A program made the position numbers and the translations under genes. From NCBI RefSeq assembly GCF_000446015.1, contig NC_022093.1, positions 1,590,001 through 1,622,000 of the forward strand: a stretch of 32,000 nt of DNA, given 5' to 3'. Origin of the DNA: Thermofilum adornatum. Lineage in GTDB: Archaea; Thermoproteota; Thermoprotei; Thermofilales; Thermofilaceae. The notes under the pieces are model-generated. The model had not been told where the DNA came from. It did no database searches and worked only from the letters and a program-made list of their open reading frames with translations. The first letter of the stretch is position 1, and every line of letters starts with the position of its first letter. Shown here one piece after another: positions 18,075 to 26,580 of this stretch.

Positions 18075-18788
18075 TCATTGATTTCTAGCTCCTCCAATGG
18101 CTTGAGTTAAAGATACTATTAACCAGACTATAAGAACAAATACAAGTACCATGAAGATGAGAGCAAAAAACATCATACCACTCATGAATCCAAATCCCCA
18201 GCCAAAAGTAAAAAGAAATGGCAGGATTAGTAAAACTAAAACAATCACTAGAATATTACCCTTTTTTCCTGGATCCACTTTCTCATGTTTTATGAATCCT
18301 AAATAAATTAGAATTATAAGAGCAACAATCAACACAATGGAGAACATGATCCAAACGATCCATCCCAATCCAGGATACCACCAATTCCATCCACATCCAG
18401 GACACCAATTTTCGTTTATTCCTCGTGGAGGAGACCTCCATACCATCATATATCCAGGTCCCATCGTTGCTACTTCGCCGCAATACATCCTTCTTGCCAA
18501 ATTTATGTGAAATTGTTTATGATATTCTGTCCCTTCTTCAATGCCCATCATTTTATGCACGATTTCGTGGGCTCCACCTGGATGCATTAGCTCCATTATA
18601 TATTCTCCAATTGCTTCGAGTTGCTCATCGCTTAATTTATCACAACTAATCCCACTCTCTACTAATTTCTTTCCTTCCTCAATTTCGCTCTGAATATTTC
18701 CGTCAGCAGATACCAGCTTTACACTTGAAAATATGCCAAAAATCACTATAGTTAACAATATGCCTAAAACAACTCTAGTGTACATCAA
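18075..18788 (-). CDS. Hypothetical membrane protein with N-terminal signal/anchor, extracytoplasmic helical domain, CPGC motif and Trp/Gly-rich polytopic C-terminus
   Basis: The ORF fills an AT-rich segment. 'CDKLSDEQLEAIGEYIMELMHPGGAHEIVHKMMG...YCGE' is followed by 'NWCPGCGWNWWYPGLGW' and 3-4 hydrophobic helices. No family assigned. Confidence 0.65.
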   Translation of the reverse strand: MMYTRVVLGILLTIVIFGIFSSVKLVSADGNIQSEIEEGKKLVESGISCDKLSDEQLEAIGEYIMELMHPGGAHEIVHKMMGIEEGTEYHKQFHINLARRMYCGEVATMGPGYMMVWRSPPRGINENWCPGCGWNWWYPGLGWIVWIMFSIVLIVALIILIYLGFIKHEKVDPGKKGNILVIVLVLLILPFLFTFGWGFGFMSGMMFFALIFMVLVFVLIVWLIVSLTQAIGGARNQ

Positions 18789-18913
18789 TTTACACTACAT
18801 CATATTCTATATCCATGTATTTAAATATTTCCATATTCAGCTTTGAAACTAATGATACTAGCTGATGACATTATCTAATTTTCCAATTGAATTATTTGAA
18901 ATCTCATCTCACT

Positions 18914-19360
18914 TTAAAAAGCCGTTAATAGATTAAGAGCTTTGTCGGCATGTTCCTCTGGCTTCTTGAGTCCTTTTATTACGGCTTTTATCACTCCGTT
19001 CTCGTCTATGATAAAGGTAACCCTTGAGGCGCTTTTGCCAGACTCGCAGAGGACGCCGTAGGCACGAATGATGTTTAGCTCTGGGTCGGCCACGAGTGGA
19101 AAGCTCACATTGTACTTTTGGGCGAATTTTTCCTGTGTGGGGAGCTTGTCGGCGCTTACCCCTATCACTTCCGCGTTTAGCTCTCTGAATTTTTCATACA
19201 TCTCCGAGAATCTCTGCGTCTCTCTCGAGCATCCCGGTGTGAAGGCCTTGGGATAGAAGTATAAGACGACTCTTTTTCCTCTCAGACTAGATAACTTTAT
19301 CTTACCCTTCGTGCTTTCTGCCTCGAAGTCTGGAGCTGGAAAACCCGTGTCTACCGGCAT
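18914..19360 (-). CDS. bcp: Peroxiredoxin, Bcp type (thiol peroxidase)
   Basis: 'VVLYFYPKAFTPGCSRE' is the Bcp/PrxQ active-site motif. 148 aa. Confidence 0.9.
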   Translation of the reverse strand: MPVDTGFPAPDFEAESTKGKIKLSSLRGKRVVLYFYPKAFTPGCSRETQRFSEMYEKFRELNAEVIGVSADKLPTQEKFAQKYNVSFPLVADPELNIIRAYGVLCESGKSASRVTFIIDENGVIKAVIKGLKKPEEHADKALNLLTAF

Positions 19361-19437
19361 GTGCTAGTCTAGACTCTAGTAGCTATTAAGCTTTACCGTC
19401 CTCAGGTTCACTATTTGTTTTATGAGAAAAAGAAGAG

Positions 19438-19938
19438 CTATCTACTAATGTTTTTGTAGATGCCTAGAACGATTATTAGCAATGTGAGTATAGCAACAAT
19501 TATCATGGGTAGATGTACTGCTAGGAGACCTATGAAGAAGAGTGCAGCTCCCCCAATTATGAACACTAAGGCTAGGAGCTTGTCAACTATTGCATAGAGG
19601 ATCATTGCAAATACTATTGTGAGGACAATCAGAACTGTCTCGTTCGCCACAAAGAGGCCCGCACTTATCAATGACTGGGCTATAGCGAAGCCTGCTACAA
19701 GGGAAATGGCAAGCCTAAAAATCGCGAAGCCTATCATCGCGCCCACTATTAAGCCTATAACGAAGAGAACAAGCGGTGTTAAAACAGCTTGGAGCTCGTG
19801 GGAAGAGTACTGGTAAAAAACATATCCAAGCGCTATTCCAGACAAGAGTGATACCCATAGACGTGCAAGCTTGTAGCCCCATACAGCCGTTATAAAGCCC
19901 AGCACGGCTAATAATAAGGCATCTGGCAGATTCATCAT
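19438..19938 (-). CDS. Hypothetical integral membrane protein (about 5 TM helices)
   Basis: Almost entirely hydrophobic 166-aa ORF. No motif recognised. Confidence 0.6.
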   Translation of the reverse strand: MMNLPDALLLAVLGFITAVWGYKLARLWVSLLSGIALGYVFYQYSSHELQAVLTPLVLFVIGLIVGAMIGFAIFRLAISLVAGFAIAQSLISAGLFVANETVLIVLTIVFAMILYAIVDKLLALVFIIGGAALFFIGLLAVHLPMIIVAILTLLIIVLGIYKNISR

Positions 19939-20148
19939 GTATATGAGAAACGGCTAATCTATATATGCCTATCCATGTTTTTCTCCTTGGTAGTTGCTGG
20001 GTTACTTTTTTAAACAAGTATTAGGCATAATATTCCCTCAGCCAGTAACAAGCAAAGGCATAAATCTTTGTTTTAAGAAACAAGAATATCTATGAATGGA
20101 TTTTTCGTACATACTACTTAAAATATATGCCCAGTTAACACACCTGCT

Positions 20149-21253
20149 ATGACGAAATACACACTACTAATGGCACTAACTTTGGCCATGTTAATGCTGT
20201 TTGCTCCCATGCTCTACGCAGACTCAGGAGCCTATGGCTATATTGTTGATCCCAATGGCAATCCTGTTGGAGGCGAAGTGGTCACAGTGCTAGACTCTAA
20301 CAGCGGCGTTGTAGCTATGACAACTACTGGTCCCAATGGGTTCTTCCAGGTAGCCTTGCTGCCGGGCACATATACGCTTAGGGTCTCCAAGGCTGGCTAC
20401 GTGGACAAGACAATACAGTTCACTTACGGCAAGACAGGCTACCCGGTCTTCCTTGGAAACATAACCCTCGACTACGCTGTCCAGTACTCCCTGCCCGTGA
20501 GGAACATAACTATACCAATCTTGACCTACATAAGCTTCCCATTCACAAATACCAACAAGGGGCCAAGGCCCGAAGACGTGGGCTTAGCGCGCAAGAAAAG
20601 GAACATTGAGACTCATACTTTCTAGGCCAATCTATCGGGACGACTTGTTAAATGGCAAGATATTGGCTGGGACAATACTCATACTTTTGGCTATCGGCAT
20701 ATCATTCGTAATTGGAATCCCCATAACCCTAGTCCTACAAAAAGCTAATTTGACGGGAGACGGCCTAGCTAGACTGCTTTTCCTATTGGTGCCGGCAATT
20801 CTACTAGCACTTACATATTACGCAATTTCACTCTTTGTCTCGGTAAACACAAACCGGTCAGGCTATGCACTCGTAGTGGCGGTAGTAGTCTGGATATTTT
20901 TCACATTCGTAATGCCCTTAATCTCTGCATTCGTAGCCAGTAGCATACTCGGCTAGCCGCCCGCCCTCCCAACCGGCATAAATGCTACAAGACCAGCACA
21001 GCTTCCACCCCGGCTCCAGCAGTACGAGCGAAACTATAGACAGATAACGGGAACAGTCCAGCTTATATCGCCCAACGCACAGTTTAATACATTAGCCAAC
21101 GCAATCTTTACTGTCCAGAGGCAACAAAGCAACTTAGATATAGGTGCTGTAATAGCTCAGAACTGGACCGCGATACTGGTTCCCACAATATACATTGTAG
21201 TCTTCGTTGTATTGTCCTACATGTTCTTCGTACGTAGACAAGAAAACAAATAA
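20149..21253 (+). pseudogene. Disrupted ABC-2-type transporter permease with an N-terminal carboxypeptidase-regulatory-like (Ig-like) domain
   Basis: 20149-20625 encodes a signal/TM segment plus 'GYIVDPNGNPVGGEVVTVLD...GTYTLRVSKAGYVDKTI' (CarboxypepD_reg-like). A frame change at A4 run 20596-20599 leads to 'KGTLRLILSRPIYRDDLLNGK' (ABC-2 'GTLE-LLLSRPISR' motif) plus TM helices. In-frame TAG at 20954-20956 is followed by 98 more open codons ending 'VLSYMFFVRRQENK' and TAA at 21251-21253. Confidence 0.65.
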
Positions 21254-21260
21254 TTTTTTT
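21254..21260 (+). terminator. T7 run directly after the stop codon (archaeal oligo-T terminator signal)
   Basis: 'taaTTTTTTTc' immediately 3' of the ABC-2 reading frame. Confidence 0.35.
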
Positions 21261-22561
21261 CAAATATTGGCTTTTTTGTTTGTTTTTCTCCAGTACAGCA
21301 TGTAGGGTACGTTAAAGCTTCTTCCCTTGTCTATTTCCCTTATGTATTTTTCCTCAATGGTAGACGCCTTTTCAAATGCTTCAGCTGTAAGTTTCTTTAA
21401 TGCCTCAGCGTCGATTTTTCCCTGTAGGTATCCCTCGCGCGCCTCTAGTGCTTTTTCGTAGTAATCTCTCTCCAAGCTCTGCAACTCACTAGCTATCCTT
21501 GGGGCATATCTGGGATAATTATAGACAAGTTTTCTTGCAAGCATCTCGTGCCTCCACCATATACTTTGTCCCTCATCGTAGGCACTTGCGGGCTTAGGAC
21601 CAAGATCTGGGAGCCCTGCATTTAGGAATACTGGCTTGTACATGCTTATGCATGGGAGGCTGGTTCCAGTAGCAAATACGAGTGGAGCGTCCTCAAATAG
21701 CAAAGCTATCATTGAGGAGGCTGTCTGGGAGGGCCTCGTAAAGCCGCCAGCATGCATACATATGTCCCTGTTTGAGCCTCTAGAGGGATCGTAGGGTTCG
21801 TGGCTGTGGCTCCTCATAATTTTTGCTACGAGGAAAAAGTCTATTTTTCCAAGATTGTTTTCTAGCTGTTTTTGTGTGTATTGTTGTCTTTCCCTACCCT
21901 TGGAAACCCACGTGTAGACCCTGTCTGAGAAACAGTCTTTGAAGCTTTTTCCGCAGTTTTTCTGCTTCATGTATTCTTCTAGGCCGTCAGAGGACAGGTC
22001 CCATTTTTCACCTATGGAGAGAGCGTTGGAAATTGTTCTAACATCTTTAACCCTCTCTGCTACCCAGTGCTTGCCGACTGTTTCCAGAACCCATGCTTCC
22101 CTTGGGTCAGCTATAATGAAAGAGTTGTGGTAAAACATCTTGCCAAAATAGCTACAGTTGCCTCCCTGACCATATTCCTCGAGCAATCCTGTAATCCATT
22201 CCAGCGCTTCTTTTGCAGTCCTGGATCTTTCGAGCGCCAGCCTAAGCAGATCCATACCAGTTAGACCCTTATCGGCATATTTCTCGCGAGTAAAAACAGC
22301 CTCGTTCCCTATTGCTACCCCATGCTCGTTTACGCCCATTTCTGCCCCCCACATCCAGAAGGGGCGTGAAATAAGGACGCCATAGGTTTTGTCTACTTGT
22401 TCGACGTATAGGTAGGTTGTTATGACTTTTTCCTCTGTGTGCTGTGCGGGGGGAATGTACTCTAGGACCTGTGCCTCGTTGGGTTCTCGATCGCTGTTCT
22501 TAGCAAAAATGGTGACGTTTCCTTTTGTATAGCCTTTTAAGGCAACAAGAGTGTCACACAC
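21260..22561 (-). CDS. Peptidase family C69-like (Ntn-hydrolase dipeptidase family) protein
   Basis: N-terminus 'MCDTLVALKG...TIFAKNSDREPNEAQVLEYIP' has the nucleophilic Cys2 and the 'KNSDR-x-P-x-E' motif typical of C69/U34 dipeptidases. Confidence 0.65.
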   Translation of the reverse strand: MCDTLVALKGYTKGNVTIFAKNSDREPNEAQVLEYIPPAQHTEEKVITTYLYVEQVDKTYGVLISRPFWMWGAEMGVNEHGVAIGNEAVFTREKYADKGLTGMDLLRLALERSRTAKEALEWITGLLEEYGQGGNCSYFGKMFYHNSFIIADPREAWVLETVGKHWVAERVKDVRTISNALSIGEKWDLSSDGLEEYMKQKNCGKSFKDCFSDRVYTWVSKGRERQQYTQKQLENNLGKIDFFLVAKIMRSHSHEPYDPSRGSNRDICMHAGGFTRPSQTASSMIALLFEDAPLVFATGTSLPCISMYKPVFLNAGLPDLGPKPASAYDEGQSIWWRHEMLARKLVYNYPRYAPRIASELQSLERDYYEKALEAREGYLQGKIDAEALKKLTAEAFEKASTIEEKYIREIDKGRSFNVPYMLYWRKTNKKANI

Positions 22562-22666
22562 ATATTGAGATTGTCTATGTACACATTAACTTTTCGATAT
22601 GAAGCTTGGCTACAACTTTGGAAAGACTTATCTTGAAGTTGATTATTAGCTCGACAGTGAAAAGTG

Positions 22667-23299
22667 ATGCCGTTCGAGCCATTCCACCTAGCCTTGCCAA
22701 TACTTGATTTCGTGGGGATCCTTTCCTTGGCGGCGCTCAGCGTTCTGCTTTATCGAGCCTACAGGATCTCGGGGAATAGCCTCTTCCTATATTTTTTCAC
22801 GGGTTTTACTATTCTGGGCCTAGGAGAGTTTGGACGCTTTTTCCTATTCTTGACAATAATTTTTACGCCGAGACCTAGCTTTTTCTTCTTCTTTCTAAAC
22901 CACTCTGTAGCCCTTCTGTCCCAAGTCCTGGAAATACTTGGCTTCCTAGTTATCGCACTGGGATACACTATGGAGCTTTTTGGGAAAGAGAAAGCTCTGG
23001 CATCGATAATAGTTTTCCAGGTGAGAAGATTACCCTTGACATTTCCCATGGTTAACATTTTTTCAGCCTCAATCCTGGTATATATAAGCCTGAACGCCTT
23101 TGCCATATACACCAAGAACAAACAGAGCTTGACCCTTGCACCACTATTAGCTTTCATCCTCTTTCTACTCTCAAACATTCTGAGCATTTTGGCATTCTTA
23201 CTAAGGGACGAGCTAATCGTTCTGTTCTCGCGGCTAGTATACATTGCCGGCCTCTACGTGTTCCTCTGGTTAGCGTTAAAGGTGGGAAAAACCCCATGA
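22667..23299 (+). CDS. Hypothetical polytopic membrane protein (about 6 TM helices)
   Basis: Hydrophobic 210-aa ORF (GTG 22664 or ATG 22667). Its stop overlaps the start of the downstream wHTH gene (ATGA, 23296-23299). Confidence 0.6.
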   Translation: MPFEPFHLALPILDFVGILSLAALSVLLYRAYRISGNSLFLYFFTGFTILGLGEFGRFFLFLTIIFTPRPSFFFFFLNHSVALLSQVLEILGFLVIALGYTMELFGKEKALASIIVFQVRRLPLTFPMVNIFSASILVYISLNAFAIYTKNKQSLTLAPLLAFILFLLSNILSILAFLLRDELIVLFSRLVYIAGLYVFLWLALKVGKTP

Positions 23300-23571
23300 A
23301 GGAGCGACGGTCAAAGCTACAGATACTTGCAGACATATTAGAGGCACTGGCACAAAGCGGAGAAATGAACATAAGCCAGCTACTTACAGCTGCAAACCTC
23401 TCCTATGACAGGCTATCAAAATATCTGAGCGAACTGGAGGCAAATAACCTAGTTGTCATCGAGAGACAAAGTTTAGAAGTAAAAATAAAACCCACTAGCA
23501 AGGGTTTGTCTTTTCTCCAGGAATACAAGAAAATAAAAGAAATAGCTATCGCCTTTGGGATTTCCCTTTAA
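23296..23571 (+). CDS. Small winged-helix DNA-binding protein (COG3432/HTH_45-like)
   Basis: 'RSKLQILADILEALAQSGEMNISQLLTAANLSYDRLSKYLSELEANNLVVIE' fits the archaeal wHTH family I recall as COG3432. Confidence 0.65.
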   Translation: MKERRSKLQILADILEALAQSGEMNISQLLTAANLSYDRLSKYLSELEANNLVVIERQSLEVKIKPTSKGLSFLQEYKKIKEIAIAFGISL

Positions 23572-23646
23572 AGCATGCTTGTTCAAAAGCCTCAGTGGTT
23601 ATGCAATGCTTGGAAACCTTAAATAGGTATAACTTCCAGTTACATC

Positions 23647-24042
23647 ATGAGAGATATGAGTTATGAGGAATTGGACATATTGCGGAGAAGAGCAGAGGCT
23701 TTTCTCAGAAATTCTAAAAGATTGCTGGAAGAGGGAGAAGCAGATCTAGCAATGTTTAGCATGGAGCAGTACTGCCAGCTAATCCTTAAATATAAATTGT
23801 TGTTACTCAGGGGTTTTTACCCAAAAACACACTCACTCCGGCGCCTAATAAGGACACTTGGAGAAGTTCGTCCAGAGGTTCTTAAACTCGTAAACGACGT
23901 CAAGAACCTACATTATATTGCAAAACTAGAGGAAGCCTATATATCCTCCCGCTACGCGCCTATTCAGTATGAGGTCGAGGAAGCTAAGGATGTTTATAAG
24001 TTTATAGAGGAGGTGTTTAAGCCGCTTGTCGAGCCAATATAG
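23647..24042 (+). CDS. HEPN domain protein (PF05168-type)
   Basis: All-helical 131 aa. 'THSLRRLIRTLGE' and 'LEEAYISSRYAP' match classic HEPN-domain proteins that pair with minimal nucleotidyltransferases. Confidence 0.7.
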   Translation: MRDMSYEELDILRRRAEAFLRNSKRLLEEGEADLAMFSMEQYCQLILKYKLLLLRGFYPKTHSLRRLIRTLGEVRPEVLKLVNDVKNLHYIAKLEEAYISSRYAPIQYEVEEAKDVYKFIEEVFKPLVEPI

Positions 24043-24343
24043 CCTTAGTCTTTCAAGTATCGGCAAATACCTCGACCTCGCTAGACAGGTCAAGGAGATA
24101 GTTCAGGGCTTCGACCCCGAGGCCGAGGTTTATTTATTCGGCTCGGTAGTAAAGGGGAAAATGACGGCCTCCAGCGATATAGACATCCTCGTTGTAACAC
24201 AGCGGCTCGAACACAAATATGACATGATAGTAGCCGTGTATCAGAGGCTCGATGCTCCTATCGAGCTACATGTTACGGACAGAAAAATGTTTGAAAGATG
24301 GTATCTCAGATTCATTGATCCAGGAGAAATAGTTAAGATTTAA
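24026..24343 (+). CDS. Minimal nucleotidyltransferase (MNT) domain protein
   Basis: 'VYLFGSVVKGKMTASSDIDILVV' is the G-S-x(n)-D-x-D motif. TTG start overlaps the HEPN gene by 17 nt. Confidence 0.7.
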   Translation: MSSQYSLSLSSIGKYLDLARQVKEIVQGFDPEAEVYLFGSVVKGKMTASSDIDILVVTQRLEHKYDMIVAVYQRLDAPIELHVTDRKMFERWYLRFIDPGEIVKI

Positions 24344-24358
24344 TGTGACCCTTGAACT

Positions 24359-26467
24359 CTATCCGGCAGACAGGTCTATTTTTGCTGTCAAAGTGTAGGC
24401 TTGTCTTTCGTATGCTCTGACTTGGCTTGTGGAGACCGTGTATAGCTCTGTCTCCGTGTATACTGTTCTAAGTGCCTGGTTGTGTTCTAGGAGTTTGACG
24501 TATTCCAGGCTGTCGCCCTTTATCTTTAAAACTAGGACTCCGCCCGAATTTGCCTTCCAAGATTGTATCGGTATGAATACTTCCCCAGTTGACGGGTCGA
24601 ATGTAAATGCGTGGTGGTCTGATAGTATGTTGGACCATGCATCGAGTGTTACAGTCGACTTTTCCTTTATGCTTGTGGGGTCGCTCACGTCAAATAGTGA
24701 GATTTTCAGTTTCCTGTCGTCTATGAGGCCTACTCCTAGAAGAGTCTTATCGTCTATGGGATGCAGGTACTCACTGAAGCCGGGAGCCTTAACGTAGCCA
24801 AGAACCCTAGGCTTAGAGGGGTCTGAAACGTCTATAGCGAAAAGGGGATCCACTTGTCTATACGTTACAAGGTAGAATGTTTTGCCCACGAGTCTAGCTG
24901 AGTAAATTCTTTCCCCCTTAGCGATGCCAGTCAACGAGCTTCTTATCCTGAGGTTTTTGACATCTACAATGAATAAGGCGTTTTCTGGCTCACCTATCCT
25001 GACAGTGTATACAACGAGGTGTGTAGACGGTGCAGGTGTGACTTGGGTCTCGTTGAACCTGATGACTTGTATTTTAGTCTGACCATCTGTCTGTATCTCT
25101 ATTTCCATGGTCGTATTGTATGGCCTGTAAACAATCTCGATTACCCGTCCCATCTGGGCGTAGACCTGCCACCTAGATATTGTTGTAGCTACAATAAAGC
25201 TATCTCCTACTTCTTCCATCGAGAACTGGTCCAGCACGTTGCCGTCTACTTCGAATTTTCCAAGGCTGGATAAACGGAGCCCGTCTATGCCGAAGACATA
25301 GAAATACGTCTTGTCGGTCATTGGCTTTAGCTGTTCCATGACTTGTTTCACTATTTCCTCTGCCTTCTCGTAGCTCAATGTTGCCAGATACTTTTGTAGC
25401 TCGGTTAGGGCCTGCATGTATTGTCCCTTGCTTATGAGACTTGATATGTTGGCTTTTACTTCAGAGGGTAGATAGTTTAGAGAGACGTTTAGGAAGTAGC
25501 GATAGGAATCTTCACCAATGTTTCTCTGCACTGCGAGGTAAAGCCTTTCCCTGCTCATATACATCCATGTTGAGGGGCTAGAGGTAAAGGCGAATGCTGT
25601 TCTCTTACCGGTGTCTATGTCCATTGCAACTATGACTATGTAGCTATTGGCGTATGGGTCTATTTTTGCTATGGAGCTTGGCGGGAGGGGCTGCCCATCT
25701 ATTACTGGAAGCTTGACTTCTAGTGGAAGCGTGGCGACTAGATATATGGTATTGTTTAGAAGCCTAGATCCCATGGGCATCCCATAAATGTATGTTGAGT
25801 AAAGCAACTCGGGTTTGGCCGGTGTAGTAAGGGAGTATACGTAGATAGACGTGTTGGATGTGCCAGCTGATATGGGGACTTCTGGTCCCATTGAGCCCTG
25901 GATGCTTATCGGGCTGGCCGTGTAATAGACAGAAATAATGACTAGTTTGTCTCCTTGGAGGTATAAGCCGTAAACGTTGCTTTCCGCTAGGTCTATAACG
26001 CTTAACGCTTTCTTTTCCCGCATGCTTAGGATGTTTACCTTTGAGCAGCTTGCCACTGCAAGAATATCGCGATCGGCCTTGACAATGTCTGGCTCATCAA
26101 TACCTACCACTTGCACATTTGTTTTTGAGGGAGTGCTCGGGCTTTGGGAAGTTCTTTCGGGCGTAACGGGCGATGTTGTTGCAGGTACTGTTTGTGTCTC
26201 GCCTCTAACCAGGTAGGAGGGGGGACCCATGTAGCCTTTGCTTGAGGTTCTCTCCTCAACGAATCTAAGAATCTCCTCTATAGACTGGAAGCTGTTCATG
26301 CCTATCGGGTAGAACTCTAAGAGAGAATGCGTAGTGGCAGTTTTAGTTTGGATTTTGGGGCTTTGGAGGCTTGCTGGACTTGTCGACCAGAAAAGATTTA
26401 GCATTATGGGCGTGGCTACGCCTAGAACGAGTAGCAGGACAGCAAGTGCCATATATTTTCTTTCCAT
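24359..26467 (-). CDS. Secreted beta-propeller domain protein (COG4880 / Beta_propel family)
   Basis: 'TNVQVVGIDEPDIVKADRDILAV' and 'VDPLFAIDVSDPSKPRVLGYVKAPGFSEYLHPIDDKTLLGVG' match the family signatures. The start is uncertain (26545, 26473, 26467 or 26452). 26467 gives 'MERKYMALAVLLLVLGVATPIML', a plausible signal sequence. Confidence 0.75.
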   Translation of the reverse strand: MERKYMALAVLLLVLGVATPIMLNLFWSTSPASLQSPKIQTKTATTHSLLEFYPIGMNSFQSIEEILRFVEERTSSKGYMGPPSYLVRGETQTVPATTSPVTPERTSQSPSTPSKTNVQVVGIDEPDIVKADRDILAVASCSKVNILSMREKKALSVIDLAESNVYGLYLQGDKLVIISVYYTASPISIQGSMGPEVPISAGTSNTSIYVYSLTTPAKPELLYSTYIYGMPMGSRLLNNTIYLVATLPLEVKLPVIDGQPLPPSSIAKIDPYANSYIVIVAMDIDTGKRTAFAFTSSPSTWMYMSRERLYLAVQRNIGEDSYRYFLNVSLNYLPSEVKANISSLISKGQYMQALTELQKYLATLSYEKAEEIVKQVMEQLKPMTDKTYFYVFGIDGLRLSSLGKFEVDGNVLDQFSMEEVGDSFIVATTISRWQVYAQMGRVIEIVYRPYNTTMEIEIQTDGQTKIQVIRFNETQVTPAPSTHLVVYTVRIGEPENALFIVDVKNLRIRSSLTGIAKGERIYSARLVGKTFYLVTYRQVDPLFAIDVSDPSKPRVLGYVKAPGFSEYLHPIDDKTLLGVGLIDDRKLKISLFDVSDPTSIKEKSTVTLDAWSNILSDHHAFTFDPSTGEVFIPIQSWKANSGGVLVLKIKGDSLEYVKLLEHNQALRTVYTETELYTVSTSQVRAYERQAYTLTAKIDLSAG

Positions 26468-26580
26468 TTGCATCAAGAAGTATTTGCGCAGGGTGCTTAT
26501 CACTGTATGTCTTGAACACTTTCGTTCAACATTTGAACAACCCATTGATTAATATAATGGAACAATTGTCTAATGAATAG

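Noticed and set aside
18789-18913. Possible C/D-box sRNA ('aatgatac…gctgatgac') in the A/T-rich spacer between the island gene and bcp
   Set aside because: Only one UGAUGA-like element is present. No properly spaced terminal CUGA D box occurs on either strand, and there is no terminal stem.
19361-19437. Quasi-palindrome gctagtctagactctagtagc upstream of bcp
   Set aside because: The symmetry is imperfect: only the outer 4 nt and an internal TCTAGA pair. This is too weak to call an operator.
20954-20956. In-frame TAG as a recoded (pyrrolysine-type) codon
   Set aside because: There is no pyl gene context and the lineage is not known for Pyl decoding. The same gene also carries a frameshift. 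A nonsense mutation or an error is far more likely.
20606-20956. Track ORF 20606-20956 as an independent 116-aa gene
   Set aside because: It starts at an internal TTG in the middle of the conserved ABC-2 'GTLxLLLSRP' motif, and its frame is open upstream to 20588. It is a fragment of the disrupted permease.
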